DNA from: a virus
Lineage: Duplodnaviria; Caudoviricetes
Reading direction: 5' to 3' (one strand)
Length of the DNA stretch: 35,436 bases
Virus record (IMG/VR): IMGVR_UViG_3300020042_001362
Span: 1 to 35,436 of that record
Shown here: one piece after another, positions 26,236-35,200 of the stretch
Numbering within the stretch: the first letter of the stretch is position 1
Layout: every line of letters begins with the position of its first letter
Made by a program: the position numbers and the translations under genes
The notes under the pieces: model-generated
Database searches by the model: none
The model's input: only the letters and a program-made list of their open reading frames with translations
What the model was told of the DNA's origin: nothing

Positions 26236-27164
26236 TGGCACTTGAACGGTTCAAAGCTGCTCCACTACCCAACCCGCCTGCGCAGTATGATCCGCAGTAC
26301 GTGCGGCAGCTTATCCGTGTCATCGAGCTTTATTTCAACCAGCTAGACTCAATCACTCCCAACCAAGCGCAGTCCTACCGGGCTGCTAACTTTTATGGCG
26401 GTACCTTCACGGGCACCGACGTCAACGCAGATACCGTTACTACCAGCAGTCTGATTGCAAGCCACGCTGATATCGACAGGGTCGATGCGTTATACGTAGG
26501 TACGGACGACCTCGCTGCGCAAAGCTCCATCATTAACAACGTCATGGGTGATAACTTCTATGGCGGCACTTTCTATGGCGACGGGCGCTTCCTTCAGCTT
26601 CCCTATAACCAGCTATCGAGCGACCAAGACCAGACGGCTGCAAGCGTAGCTAATGCCTACGCCATCACCTTAAACACCAACGAGTTCCCGGCTAGTATCA
26701 GCATCGTCAGCAACTCGCGGATTACCTTCGCTAAGAAGGGTATTTATAACGTCGCCTACAGCATCCAGCTTAAGAACACGGACAATAGCGCGCACGACGT
26801 AGACATCTGGCTACGTAAGAACGGTACGGACATCGCCAACTCCAACAGCCGGTTCTCGTTACCTGCACGTAAATCAAGCGGTGACCCGTCGCACCTTATT
26901 GCTGTGACCCCCATCATGGTCGATATTACGGCGGACAATCAGTACGTCGAGCTTATGTGGCGCGTCAGTAATACCACCGTGTCAATCGAACATTTCCCAG
27001 CAGTTGCTGCCAGTGGGGGTGTTACCCCGGCTATTCCTGCTACACCGTCTGTGATTGTCGGTATTACCCACGTATCTGCTCAGTTCCCGCCTGTTACTCG
27101 CGTTGCTCCTCTCTCGGTAATTGGATTTGGACAAATCGGTAGCGTCAGTGTACGTACGAGATAG
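26235..27164 (+). CDS. Virion protein with coiled-coil N-terminus and C1q/BclA-like C-terminal domain
   Basis: LPNPPAQYDPQY..LYFNQLD; RITFAKKGIYNVAYSIQL..IWLRKNG..QYVELMW. Confidence 0.7.
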   Translation: MALERFKAAPLPNPPAQYDPQYVRQLIRVIELYFNQLDSITPNQAQSYRAANFYGGTFTGTDVNADTVTTSSLIASHADIDRVDALYVGTDDLAAQSSIINNVMGDNFYGGTFYGDGRFLQLPYNQLSSDQDQTAASVANAYAITLNTNEFPASISIVSNSRITFAKKGIYNVAYSIQLKNTDNSAHDVDIWLRKNGTDIANSNSRFSLPARKSSGDPSHLIAVTPIMVDITADNQYVELMWRVSNTTVSIEHFPAVAASGGVTPAIPATPSVIVGITHVSAQFPPVTRVAPLSVIGFGQIGSVSVRTR

Positions 27165-27181
27165 CGCTCAAGGATCAGATT

Positions 27182-28885
27182 ATGCAGGTATTGGACGTTC
27201 AGCAATCTAACCCCACGCCGTACACCCCCGCAGGGGGCACGTACAATAACAACCCGATGCCGGGCGCTGGTGGCTTGCCGTCTCTTTCTGGCCTTAACAA
27301 CCGTGCGAACCCGATGGCGCAGCAGCTTCAGGGCCAAGGGCGCGGCGAGGACTCCGTTCTTGTCCACATGACGCCGGGTGAGGTGAACAGCCTGCGGGGT
27401 TTGGCTCAGCAGTTTGGCGGCGACCTATCGACTAACCCCAACACGGGCCTGCCTGAAGCCAGCTTCCTGAAGAAAATGCTTCCCATGATATTGGGCGCTA
27501 TTGCGGCACCGCTGACGGGTGGCCTTATCAACCCTATGACCGCAGGTCTCCTTGTAGGCGCGGGCCAAACGGCGCTAACTGGCGATATCCGTAAGGGCCT
27601 CATGGCTGGGCTTGGTGCGTATGGTGGCGCGGCTCTGGGCGGCGCAGCGGGCTTGGGTAAAATTGGCGCGACTAAAACTCTGGGCGGCGTAGATATCGTC
27701 GGTGGCGGTGCAGGTGCAGGTGCAGGTACAGGTGCTGCACCGATGAGTGTTATTCCCGGCGCTGCGGGTACTGTGGGTACAGGCACTGCGGCTGAGACCG
27801 CAGCAAAACTGGGTCTTGAGGGTTTTGCACCCAAAGGAGCAGCAACGCTACTTTCGGGTGGTGCCCCCACTGGGGGTATGTCGCTTATTCCGCAGGTGGG
27901 TGCTACTACAGCCAAGACCGGTCTTGCCGGCTTTGGTCAGAAGTTTGGTCAAGCTGCTTCCGTTGGCTTGAAGGGTGCAGCTGCTAAATACGCCCCCTAC
28001 GCCGCTGGGCTGGGTCTTTATGGTGGGCTTAGTAACGCCATGCAGCCCTCCATGCTCACGCCGGAGGAAGAAGAAAATAAATACAAATACGAAGGCCCCT
28101 ATTATCCAAAACCGCGCACCTTCCGGTCTCGGACGCTAGAAGAAATGAAGCGTGCTAACGGTGCTGCATTTGATTTCCTTGAGCCGGAGCCGCCGCCCGT
28201 CCCTCGCATGGCGGAGGGCGGTGTCGCTTCGCTCCCTGCCGCTGGTGATTTCCAAGCAGCCGTGGACTTCTTCAGCCGTAATAGCCCCGGTGCAATCACA
28301 GCATCTATGTACTCCCCTCCGTCCGTTAAGCACGTGCCCGTGCCTAAAACCTCCGACCCCGCAACGGGTACGGGTGGCGGAGCGAACGCCATTGACCTTG
28401 CCAATATGTATGGGGGCCGTATGTCGTCAGAAATTGCTTCGGGGCCGCCACAGATCAACGTGTCCAGTGGTTACGGTACCGGCGGTGGCTACGAAGACTT
28501 TACTGAGCCTCTTGCTCGCGGCGGTGAAGTAAATATGAAGGATGGCTCCTTTGTCGTCGATGCGCGCACGGTTTCGGAAATGGGTAACGGTAGCAGCAAT
28601 GCTGGCATCGAGCGTCTTGCTGCTATGGGCGGTCGTCCTGTTCGTGGCGGTGGGGACGGCGTTAGTGATTCTGTCCCCGCTCGTATTGGAGGTAAGCAAA
28701 AAGCTCGCGTGGCGCGCGACGAGGTGATCTTCTCACCGGAAGCGATTCTCCGCCTCGGCTCTGGTAGCCACAGCAAGGGTACCCAGAAACTCTACGCGCT
28801 TATGAACAAGGCTCACAAGGCCCGTAAGAAAGCTCGTCGTGGCCAAGACACCAAGGTAGCCAAGGGTATCGGGGGGCTGGCGTGA
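27182..28885 (+). CDS. Internal virion/ejection protein with GRGEDSVLVHMTPGEV and DGVSDSVPAR domains
   Basis: 567 aa; Gly/Ala-rich hydrophobic stretches; MAEGG and LARGG motifs. Confidence 0.72.
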   Translation: MQVLDVQQSNPTPYTPAGGTYNNNPMPGAGGLPSLSGLNNRANPMAQQLQGQGRGEDSVLVHMTPGEVNSLRGLAQQFGGDLSTNPNTGLPEASFLKKMLPMILGAIAAPLTGGLINPMTAGLLVGAGQTALTGDIRKGLMAGLGAYGGAALGGAAGLGKIGATKTLGGVDIVGGGAGAGAGTGAAPMSVIPGAAGTVGTGTAAETAAKLGLEGFAPKGAATLLSGGAPTGGMSLIPQVGATTAKTGLAGFGQKFGQAASVGLKGAAAKYAPYAAGLGLYGGLSNAMQPSMLTPEEEENKYKYEGPYYPKPRTFRSRTLEEMKRANGAAFDFLEPEPPPVPRMAEGGVASLPAAGDFQAAVDFFSRNSPGAITASMYSPPSVKHVPVPKTSDPATGTGGGANAIDLANMYGGRMSSEIASGPPQINVSSGYGTGGGYEDFTEPLARGGEVNMKDGSFVVDARTVSEMGNGSSNAGIERLAAMGGRPVRGGGDGVSDSVPARIGGKQKARVARDEVIFSPEAILRLGSGSHSKGTQKLYALMNKAHKARKKARRGQDTKVAKGIGGLA

Positions 28886-28919
28886 TGACGCACAACATTT
28901 TTAACGGGGGGCTGTACTA

Positions 28920-30743
28920 ATGCCATTTCCTTTTTTAGCAGTGGGGGCGGGTATGCTCGCTGGTGCCGCCGCTGGTGCCGCTTCTGGCGGCGGCAAAGGC
29001 GGCGCAGCTCAACCTACAAACACGACGGTTACTCAGAATAGCCTACCTGCGTACGCAGAACCGTACTTCCATGATATCATGAAGCGTGGGCAAGAAATTT
29101 CCAACCGCCCGTACGAAAAGTACACAGGTGATCGTATTGCGGGCTTCACCCCAGCGCAGGAACAGATTCAAAAGAACGCCCTTGCTATGGGTGCGCCGGC
29201 TCAGTTTGGCACCGGTTCTGCACTGGCGTATCAGGCGGGTCGGGGCGCGCTTGACCTGAATTACGATCCGGGTCAGTTCAATGCCGGCTATAATCCCTCA
29301 CAGTTTACCACGGGTTTCAATCCGGGTCAGTTCAATGCCGGCTATAATCCTTCACAGTTTACCAGCGACTATAATTCTGGATCGTTTACCACTGGCTTCA
29401 GGCCGGAGGAGTTTAGCGTTCAAGGTCTAGGCGACCTCGGGAACGTCCGCGATACGGTTGCGGAGCGCGTACAAGCCGACAAGATGCAGGCTGCGCAGAC
29501 GCAGTTTCAAGCAAACCTTGAACGCTTCCAGATGGCGGCACCGGACCGCTTCGATCAGGCGCAAGCCGAGCAGTACATGTCGCCGTACATCCGCAACGTG
29601 CTTGATACACAGAAGCGCGAAGCCATACGAGATGCGCGGCAGGGGCAGATAGTTCAAGACCTTGGAGCGGCTCGTCAGGGTACTTATGGTGGTAGCCGTC
29701 AGCTTTTGGCGGGTCTTGAGCGCGAACGTAATCTTGGTCAGCAACTTGGTGATATCGAAGCTCGTGGCCTCCAAGGTGCGTTTGAAAGTTCGCAGGGTCA
29801 GTTCGAGCGGGACCGTGCAGCACAGATGGCGGCGCAGCAGGCTAACCTGCAAGCGGCTCTAGGTGTTCAGGAGCTTGGCACCACCACCGGCCTGCAAACC
29901 GCTCTTGCCAACCTGAGCAACGAGCAACAGGCTCGCGTCCAGAACATGGCTGCTGAAAACCAGATGCGCGGTATGAACGCCGAGAACGCACTTCGTGCGG
30001 CGCTTGCCAATCAGCAGGCTGATCTCGGTGTTCGCGGGCAGAACCTGCAAGGGGCTATGCAAACCCAGCAGTTGGGTCTCGAAGCGCAGCGCCTTGGTGA
30101 GCAGTCCCGCCAGTATGATTCACAGCAGAACCTTGAAGCTCTGCGCCTTGGAGAACAGTCTCGTCAGTTTGGTTCGACTCAAAGGCTCGAAGCGCAACGC
30201 CTTAACGATTTGGCGCGTCAGTTTGGTTCAAACCAAGGGCTCGAAGCCCAGCGACTTAGAGAGCAGTCCAATCAGTTCGGTACTACAGCCGGGATTGAAG
30301 CGCAGCGCCTTAGTGATTTGTCGCGCCAGTTCGGTTCGAACCAAGGACTTGAAGCTCAGCGCCTCAGAGAGCAGTCCCGTCAGTTTGGCGCGGATCAGAA
30401 GATGACTGGGTTTCAGACCGCAAATCAGGCGGGTCAGACACTGAGTAACATCGGTCAAGCCCAGCAGCAGGCTGATCTCGCGCGACTGCAAGCTCAGGCA
30501 GCGGCGGCATCTGAGCAACAGGGGATGAATCAGCGGCTTCTTGATAACGACTATGCTGAGTTTCTGCGGGTGCGAGACGACGAAATGGAGAAGCTTGGTT
30601 ACTTCAGCAATCTTATGCGTGGTATCCCCGTGGACCTCAACTCTACATCACGGACGTACGCACCGACGCCCGGCGTGGGGCAACAGATTTTAGGTACTGG
30701 GCTTGCCGGGCTTGGTGCGTACAATACGTTCAGGGGAGGCTAA
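28920..30743 (+). CDS. Gln-rich helical DNA-transfer/ejection (pilot-like) protein
   Basis: 607 aa; hydrophobic Gly/Ala N- and C-termini, YMSPY and GTYGGSRQ motifs, 9-aa and 18-aa repeats. Confidence 0.75.
   Translation: MPFPFLAVGAGMLAGAAAGAASGGGKGGAAQPTNTTVTQNSLPAYAEPYFHDIMKRGQEISNRPYEKYTGDRIAGFTPAQEQIQKNALAMGAPAQFGTGSALAYQAGRGALDLNYDPGQFNAGYNPSQFTTGFNPGQFNAGYNPSQFTSDYNSGSFTTGFRPEEFSVQGLGDLGNVRDTVAERVQADKMQAAQTQFQANLERFQMAAPDRFDQAQAEQYMSPYIRNVLDTQKREAIRDARQGQIVQDLGAARQGTYGGSRQLLAGLERERNLGQQLGDIEARGLQGAFESSQGQFERDRAAQMAAQQANLQAALGVQELGTTTGLQTALANLSNEQQARVQNMAAENQMRGMNAENALRAALANQQADLGVRGQNLQGAMQTQQLGLEAQRLGEQSRQYDSQQNLEALRLGEQSRQFGSTQRLEAQRLNDLARQFGSNQGLEAQRLREQSNQFGTTAGIEAQRLSDLSRQFGSNQGLEAQRLREQSRQFGADQKMTGFQTANQAGQTLSNIGQAQQQADLARLQAQAAAASEQQGMNQRLLDNDYAEFLRVRDDEMEKLGYFSNLMRGIPVDLNSTSRTYAPTPGVGQQILGTGLAGLGAYNTFRGG
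29262..29412 (+). repeat. 27/54-bp repeats encoding [YF]NPxQFxxG
   Basis: ATCCGGGTCAGTTCAATGCCGGCTATAATCC occurs exactly at 29266 and 29320. Confidence 0.9.
30078..30401 (+). repeat. Six 54-bp repeats encoding LEAQRLxEQSRQFGSxQx
   Basis: Read directly from the translation: six consecutive 18-aa units. Confidence 0.92.
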
Positions 30744-30746
30744 GTC

Positions 30747-32225
30747 GTGGAAACGAAACCATACCGCATCCAGTCCCCCGAGGATATTGCCAAGGACTAC
30801 GGCGGCAACAAGCAGAAGATTGCGCAAGCCATGCAGATGGGCGTCGTTGACCCCACGGCTGGCGTTCTTGCTGGTATGTTCATTGACCGTATGCGCTCCG
30901 CGCAAATGCAAGAGATGGCTCCGCAACCTTCGGTTGCTCAACAGGTCATGGGGGGCGCTCCCCAAGCTCCGGGTGCTGTTCCCCCCGGAGGGCTAGGTAT
31001 GACCCCCCCAGCCGCGCTCCCCATGGCACCGGGTATAGGTGCTCCGCCTATGGGTGATATGCCTATGGGTGCTCCGCCTATGGGTGCTCCTCCTGCTCCG
31101 CCTATGGGTGATATGCCTATGGGTGCTCCTCCTATGGGTGCTCCGCCTATGGGTGCACCTCCGATGGGTATGGCTGACGGCGGCTTGGCTGCGCTCCCCG
31201 TTCCGGATAACATGTTCGGTGAGCCCATGGACGGCAGCTACGCCGACGGCGGCATCGTGTCTTTTGCTGAGTCTGGGCTTACTTCTCAGCCTGACTACGA
31301 CCAAATCCTCCGTGAAGACATGGCTTACTACCGCGACCCGCAAAACTTTATGCGGGACATTAACGCGGCATATCAACCGAAGCGAGAGTACGCGGAGCGC
31401 GCTAATCAGGCCAACAAAGACCTTCTGTCCGAGGAAGGTCAGAAGAAGCGTAGCAAACAGAATAAAAATTCTTTTCTTATGGACTTTGGTGCCAAACTAG
31501 CAAGCACTCGGGGTCCCCTACTATCGGCAGCGGGTAAGGCCGCCCGTAAAACTCTTCCCGGTTATCAGGAGAACGTCAAGGAACAGCGCGCCGAAGTCCG
31601 TGACGCACTCAAGCAACTGGCTGCTGATGAAGGTATGACCAACGCCGAACAGCGCGCGTTTGTACTTGAAGGTATGAAGGGCCGAGGCCAAGCGGGTGAG
31701 ATTGCAAAAGGCTTTGTTGAGCGTAAGGCGGCAAAAAATCTTGCGGAACTTAACGCTGCTACTGACATCAGGCAGTCTCAGATTACGGCGGCAGGAAATC
31801 TGGCTGCTGCTAGAGAGACAGGTGCGGGCTACGGGCGAAGCCTTGATAAACAGGCGCAGCAGCAGGTGTTTGCTGCGGTGACCTCTACCCTTAAGGAAGT
31901 AGAAGACCTGTATGCCGCCGACAAAAATTACTCTGCGCTTGCTCGGGAGCACGCCTTTAACCCCGATAATATGTCTCCTGCTCGCAAACAGGCGTTTAAT
32001 GTTCTTGAAGCCAAAAAACGAAAAGATATATACGACCGGCTTAGTATCGTTAGGACTACTGCACCTCCGGGAACAGAAGGTGCGTTTGATCGCGTTCTTA
32101 AGCAAGTGGGCGCTCAGGGGGCTACGGGTTCCGGAGGCGGTTCGTTCAAAGAGGGACAAACATCCAGAGATCGGCAGGGACGACCTATTGTGTACCAGCA
32201 GGGTAGCTGGGTATACGCTGACTAA
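30747..32225 (+). CDS. Internal virion/ejection protein
   Basis: 492 aa, GTG start; APPMG repeats followed by MADGG and YADGG, then a helical body. Confidence 0.75.
   Translation: METKPYRIQSPEDIAKDYGGNKQKIAQAMQMGVVDPTAGVLAGMFIDRMRSAQMQEMAPQPSVAQQVMGGAPQAPGAVPPGGLGMTPPAALPMAPGIGAPPMGDMPMGAPPMGAPPAPPMGDMPMGAPPMGAPPMGAPPMGMADGGLAALPVPDNMFGEPMDGSYADGGIVSFAESGLTSQPDYDQILREDMAYYRDPQNFMRDINAAYQPKREYAERANQANKDLLSEEGQKKRSKQNKNSFLMDFGAKLASTRGPLLSAAGKAARKTLPGYQENVKEQRAEVRDALKQLAADEGMTNAEQRAFVLEGMKGRGQAGEIAKGFVERKAAKNLAELNAATDIRQSQITAAGNLAAARETGAGYGRSLDKQAQQQVFAAVTSTLKEVEDLYAADKNYSALAREHAFNPDNMSPARKQAFNVLEAKKRKDIYDRLSIVRTTAPPGTEGAFDRVLKQVGAQGATGSGGGSFKEGQTSRDRQGRPIVYQQGSWVYAD
31038..31169 (+). repeat. 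15-bp repeats encoding GAPPM/GDMPM
   Basis: GGTGCTCCGCCTATG and variants in tandem. Confidence 0.9.
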
Positions 32226-32227
32226 TT

Positions 32228-35200
32228 ATGGCTAAACCTGTCCCGCTCGATATGCTTCCAACTGAGCTACGGGCCGCGCCCTCAAGGCGCGAAGTACCCG
32301 CAGATATGCTTCCGCCGGGGCTTATCAGGGCAGCCCCGGAGCCGGAAGCCGAAGAACCCGAGGAAGAGCTGGGCTTCTTTGGTGCGCTGAAACGCGGTTT
32401 CACCACGCTGGGTGATGTGCCGGAAGCCTTTGATTTTGCCACAGGTCAGGAAGGTGCGCGCGAGGAGCTGGTTAAGGCGCAGCGAGGTGAAGAGAAGCGG
32501 GCCGAAGGTTTTGGTCTGGATAAAACGCTAGGTGAGAACGCACAGGCGCTCAAGGAGCTGGCCGGCGAGTCTCTTGGATTTATGGGAGCCCCGCTTGCTG
32601 CGGGTGCTGCCGGTACTCTTGCTGGCGGCCCTATTGGCGGGGGTATCGCAGCCGCCGCTACACTTCTTTCCCAGTACGGCGTCCAGAACTTAGCTCGTCA
32701 GGCCCAAGAAGATGAAGCGCGGATTGCTCGTGGTGAAGCTCCACTGGGTGCTATGCCCGGTCGCGCTGCCGCTGCCGCTGTGGGTCAAGCTGGTCTGGAT
32801 GTTGTTGGCTTCGCGCTTCCTGTGTTGCGTCCGGTGGCAGCGGCGTTTCCGTTTCTTCGCCCGCTTATCGGTATTGGAGGTAAAAAGGCAGCGGCAGAAA
32901 CGGCTGAAGCTATCGTTGGGGCAGCGGCTAAGAATCAGCTCACCATCAAGGGTGGCATTGCCCGTGGTATCGCGCAGGGGGTGGCGTTCGAAATCCCCCA
33001 AGAAACGGCACAGACGGTGTTGGAGCGGGCGCAGGCAGGTCTCTCCCTCGACGATGATTCCGCCATTGAAGAGTACAAGCAAGCGGCTATCGGTGCGACT
33101 CTCCTTGGCGGTGGCTTCGGTGCCGTTGGTGGTGGTGTAAACGCAGCGAAAGAACGAGCCGACACAGCTAAACAAGCTAAAGCGCTGGAAGCAGCGGCGG
33201 GGCTTGAACTGAGTACTCCTGAAGAAAAAGCTGCGTTTGAGTCTTTGCTGTCGGCTGCGGTAAACGAGTATGCCAACGCAAACCCAAGCACTGCCCCGGC
33301 TGATATCTTTAAAGCGTTGCGGGACGACGGTACCATCCGTTCCCTAGGCAATCAGGTGAGAGCAAATGTCGAAGCGACGCAAACGCAAGAAACGCAGGCG
33401 GAAGCAGGAGCAGGATTGGATGAAGGAACAAGTCAACCTGACGTGGATGTCGATGGAGCAGCTGGGGCAGGCGTTCCACCTACTGGCGCTGCCGCGACCA
33501 CCGGAGAAGATACCCGAACCACTTCACAAGCTGAATCCGTCGGAGTGGCTGACACTGGAGTTTCTGCTGGTGACACTACTGGAGCAGAAGCGGGAACAGA
33601 CGGTACACTGACGCCAAAGGTTGCGCCCATAGCCGAGCCCACCGGGGCGCAGGTCAAAGCCATGGTGCCTACCATTGAGAAGGTGTTTGCCGACAACGCT
33701 TTTGATTTTGAAGTTGAAGAGCTCAACGCCGAGCAGAAAAAGCAGGCCGCGCGCATCGTCCTGCAAAGCCCCGAAGTTGCCCCATACGATGCTATCGTCT
33801 CTGTGCTTGATCGTGGTTTGCAGGCTGAACCGAAGGTTACGCCGGAAGTAACTGGAGAACGCTACCCTGCCTTGGAGGCGGCATACGCGCTACCCAACAA
33901 CAAAACCGCCGAGAAGATGCGGATTATTGCGCCGGTGGTTGCCGATATTTTCACGCGAATTACCGGCCTGAGTACCTCCAAGCTCCCCGAAGGTGACACC
34001 AAGAAGGCGTATAGCTCCTCCAATACGCGCATCCTCAACGCCGTGCTGCGGGGGGAAGCAGTCAACCCCGAGACCATCGTCCAAGAGCAGGTGGCTCAGT
34101 ACAAGGTCCCGCTGCCGGAGACGGCTGCGCCTACGCCTACGCAAGCTGCGCCTAAGACGGCACCACAGACAGCAGATAGTCGGCTGATTATTGAACCGGC
34201 GACTGGACGTGAGCAGGATGAACTGGCCAGCACCCTCGGTATGCGCGCCGTTCTTCAGGAGCGTGACCCGGCGATGCCTGAGTTTGACGGCGAGAAGACT
34301 TTTTACATCACTAGACAAAATACCGTATCGGGTATGCGGTATTATGTGGTGCAAGCCTATCGGAATCTGGCAACGGGCAAACTGAAGAGCAAGTCCGTTC
34401 TAAACGGCGATCAGTTTATTACCTATTTGGACACGAAAAAAGGCGGAGAATACAGCTCGGGCGAAGGTCAAGAGTTTGCATCTCTCGAAGAAGCCAACGC
34501 GGCTCTTGAGGCGGCTGCTCAGCGTGAAGCTGCTAAGTCCGCGCCAGCGCCTACGCAAGCTACGCCTACGCAAACTGCGCCTACTGGTCCTTTTGATCCG
34601 TCTTACGACTATATTAGAAATCGCCCTCGCTCCACGACGTCAGAGCCCGAACCGGAATACACCCCGCAGCAGATTGCGGAGCACCTTACATATTTCTCAC
34701 AATCCGAAGCCCAGTCTCGTGGGTACGAGCCCAATACCGACCCATTTGGTATGTTCACTGAAGGCGCGCGTGACGTTGCCCGTGGTGCTGAGCCTATCCC
34801 TGACCAGCTAATCCTCGAAAGGTCAGGGCAGGAAGCTCTCGACGCATACAAAGCTGGTATCCAGTGGGCGCAGGATCGTGTTGCTGACGCACAGGCTCCG
34901 GCTGCTAAGGCCGCGCCGAAGAAGGCCGCGCCGAAGAAGGCCAAGGCGGCTAAGGCTGCACCTAAAGGGCCGGTCTTCGAAAATATCGCACAGCCAAATA
35001 CTCCGGAAGCGGCGGCGCTCGTCGAGGAGCCCCGTAACACCGATATCGTGGCACTGGCGGAAGAACTCCCCGAAGCCGACCGGGTTAACGTCCGCGCGCG
35101 GCTCGACCGTATCACAGAAAACTACGCTAGAGACGGAGATGTAGAGCGTCTCCTTGGTTCTTTGGAGTCGCTACGTCGAGACGTAGACCGCCGTATCGCT

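Noticed and set aside
33993-35144. Other +1-frame ORFs in the giant gene (33993, 34191, 34476, 34878)
   Set aside because: Arg/Leu-rich by-products of Ala/Pro/Thr linkers, mostly non-ATG starts, with no clear RBS or protein-like patterning, unlike 33366-33611.
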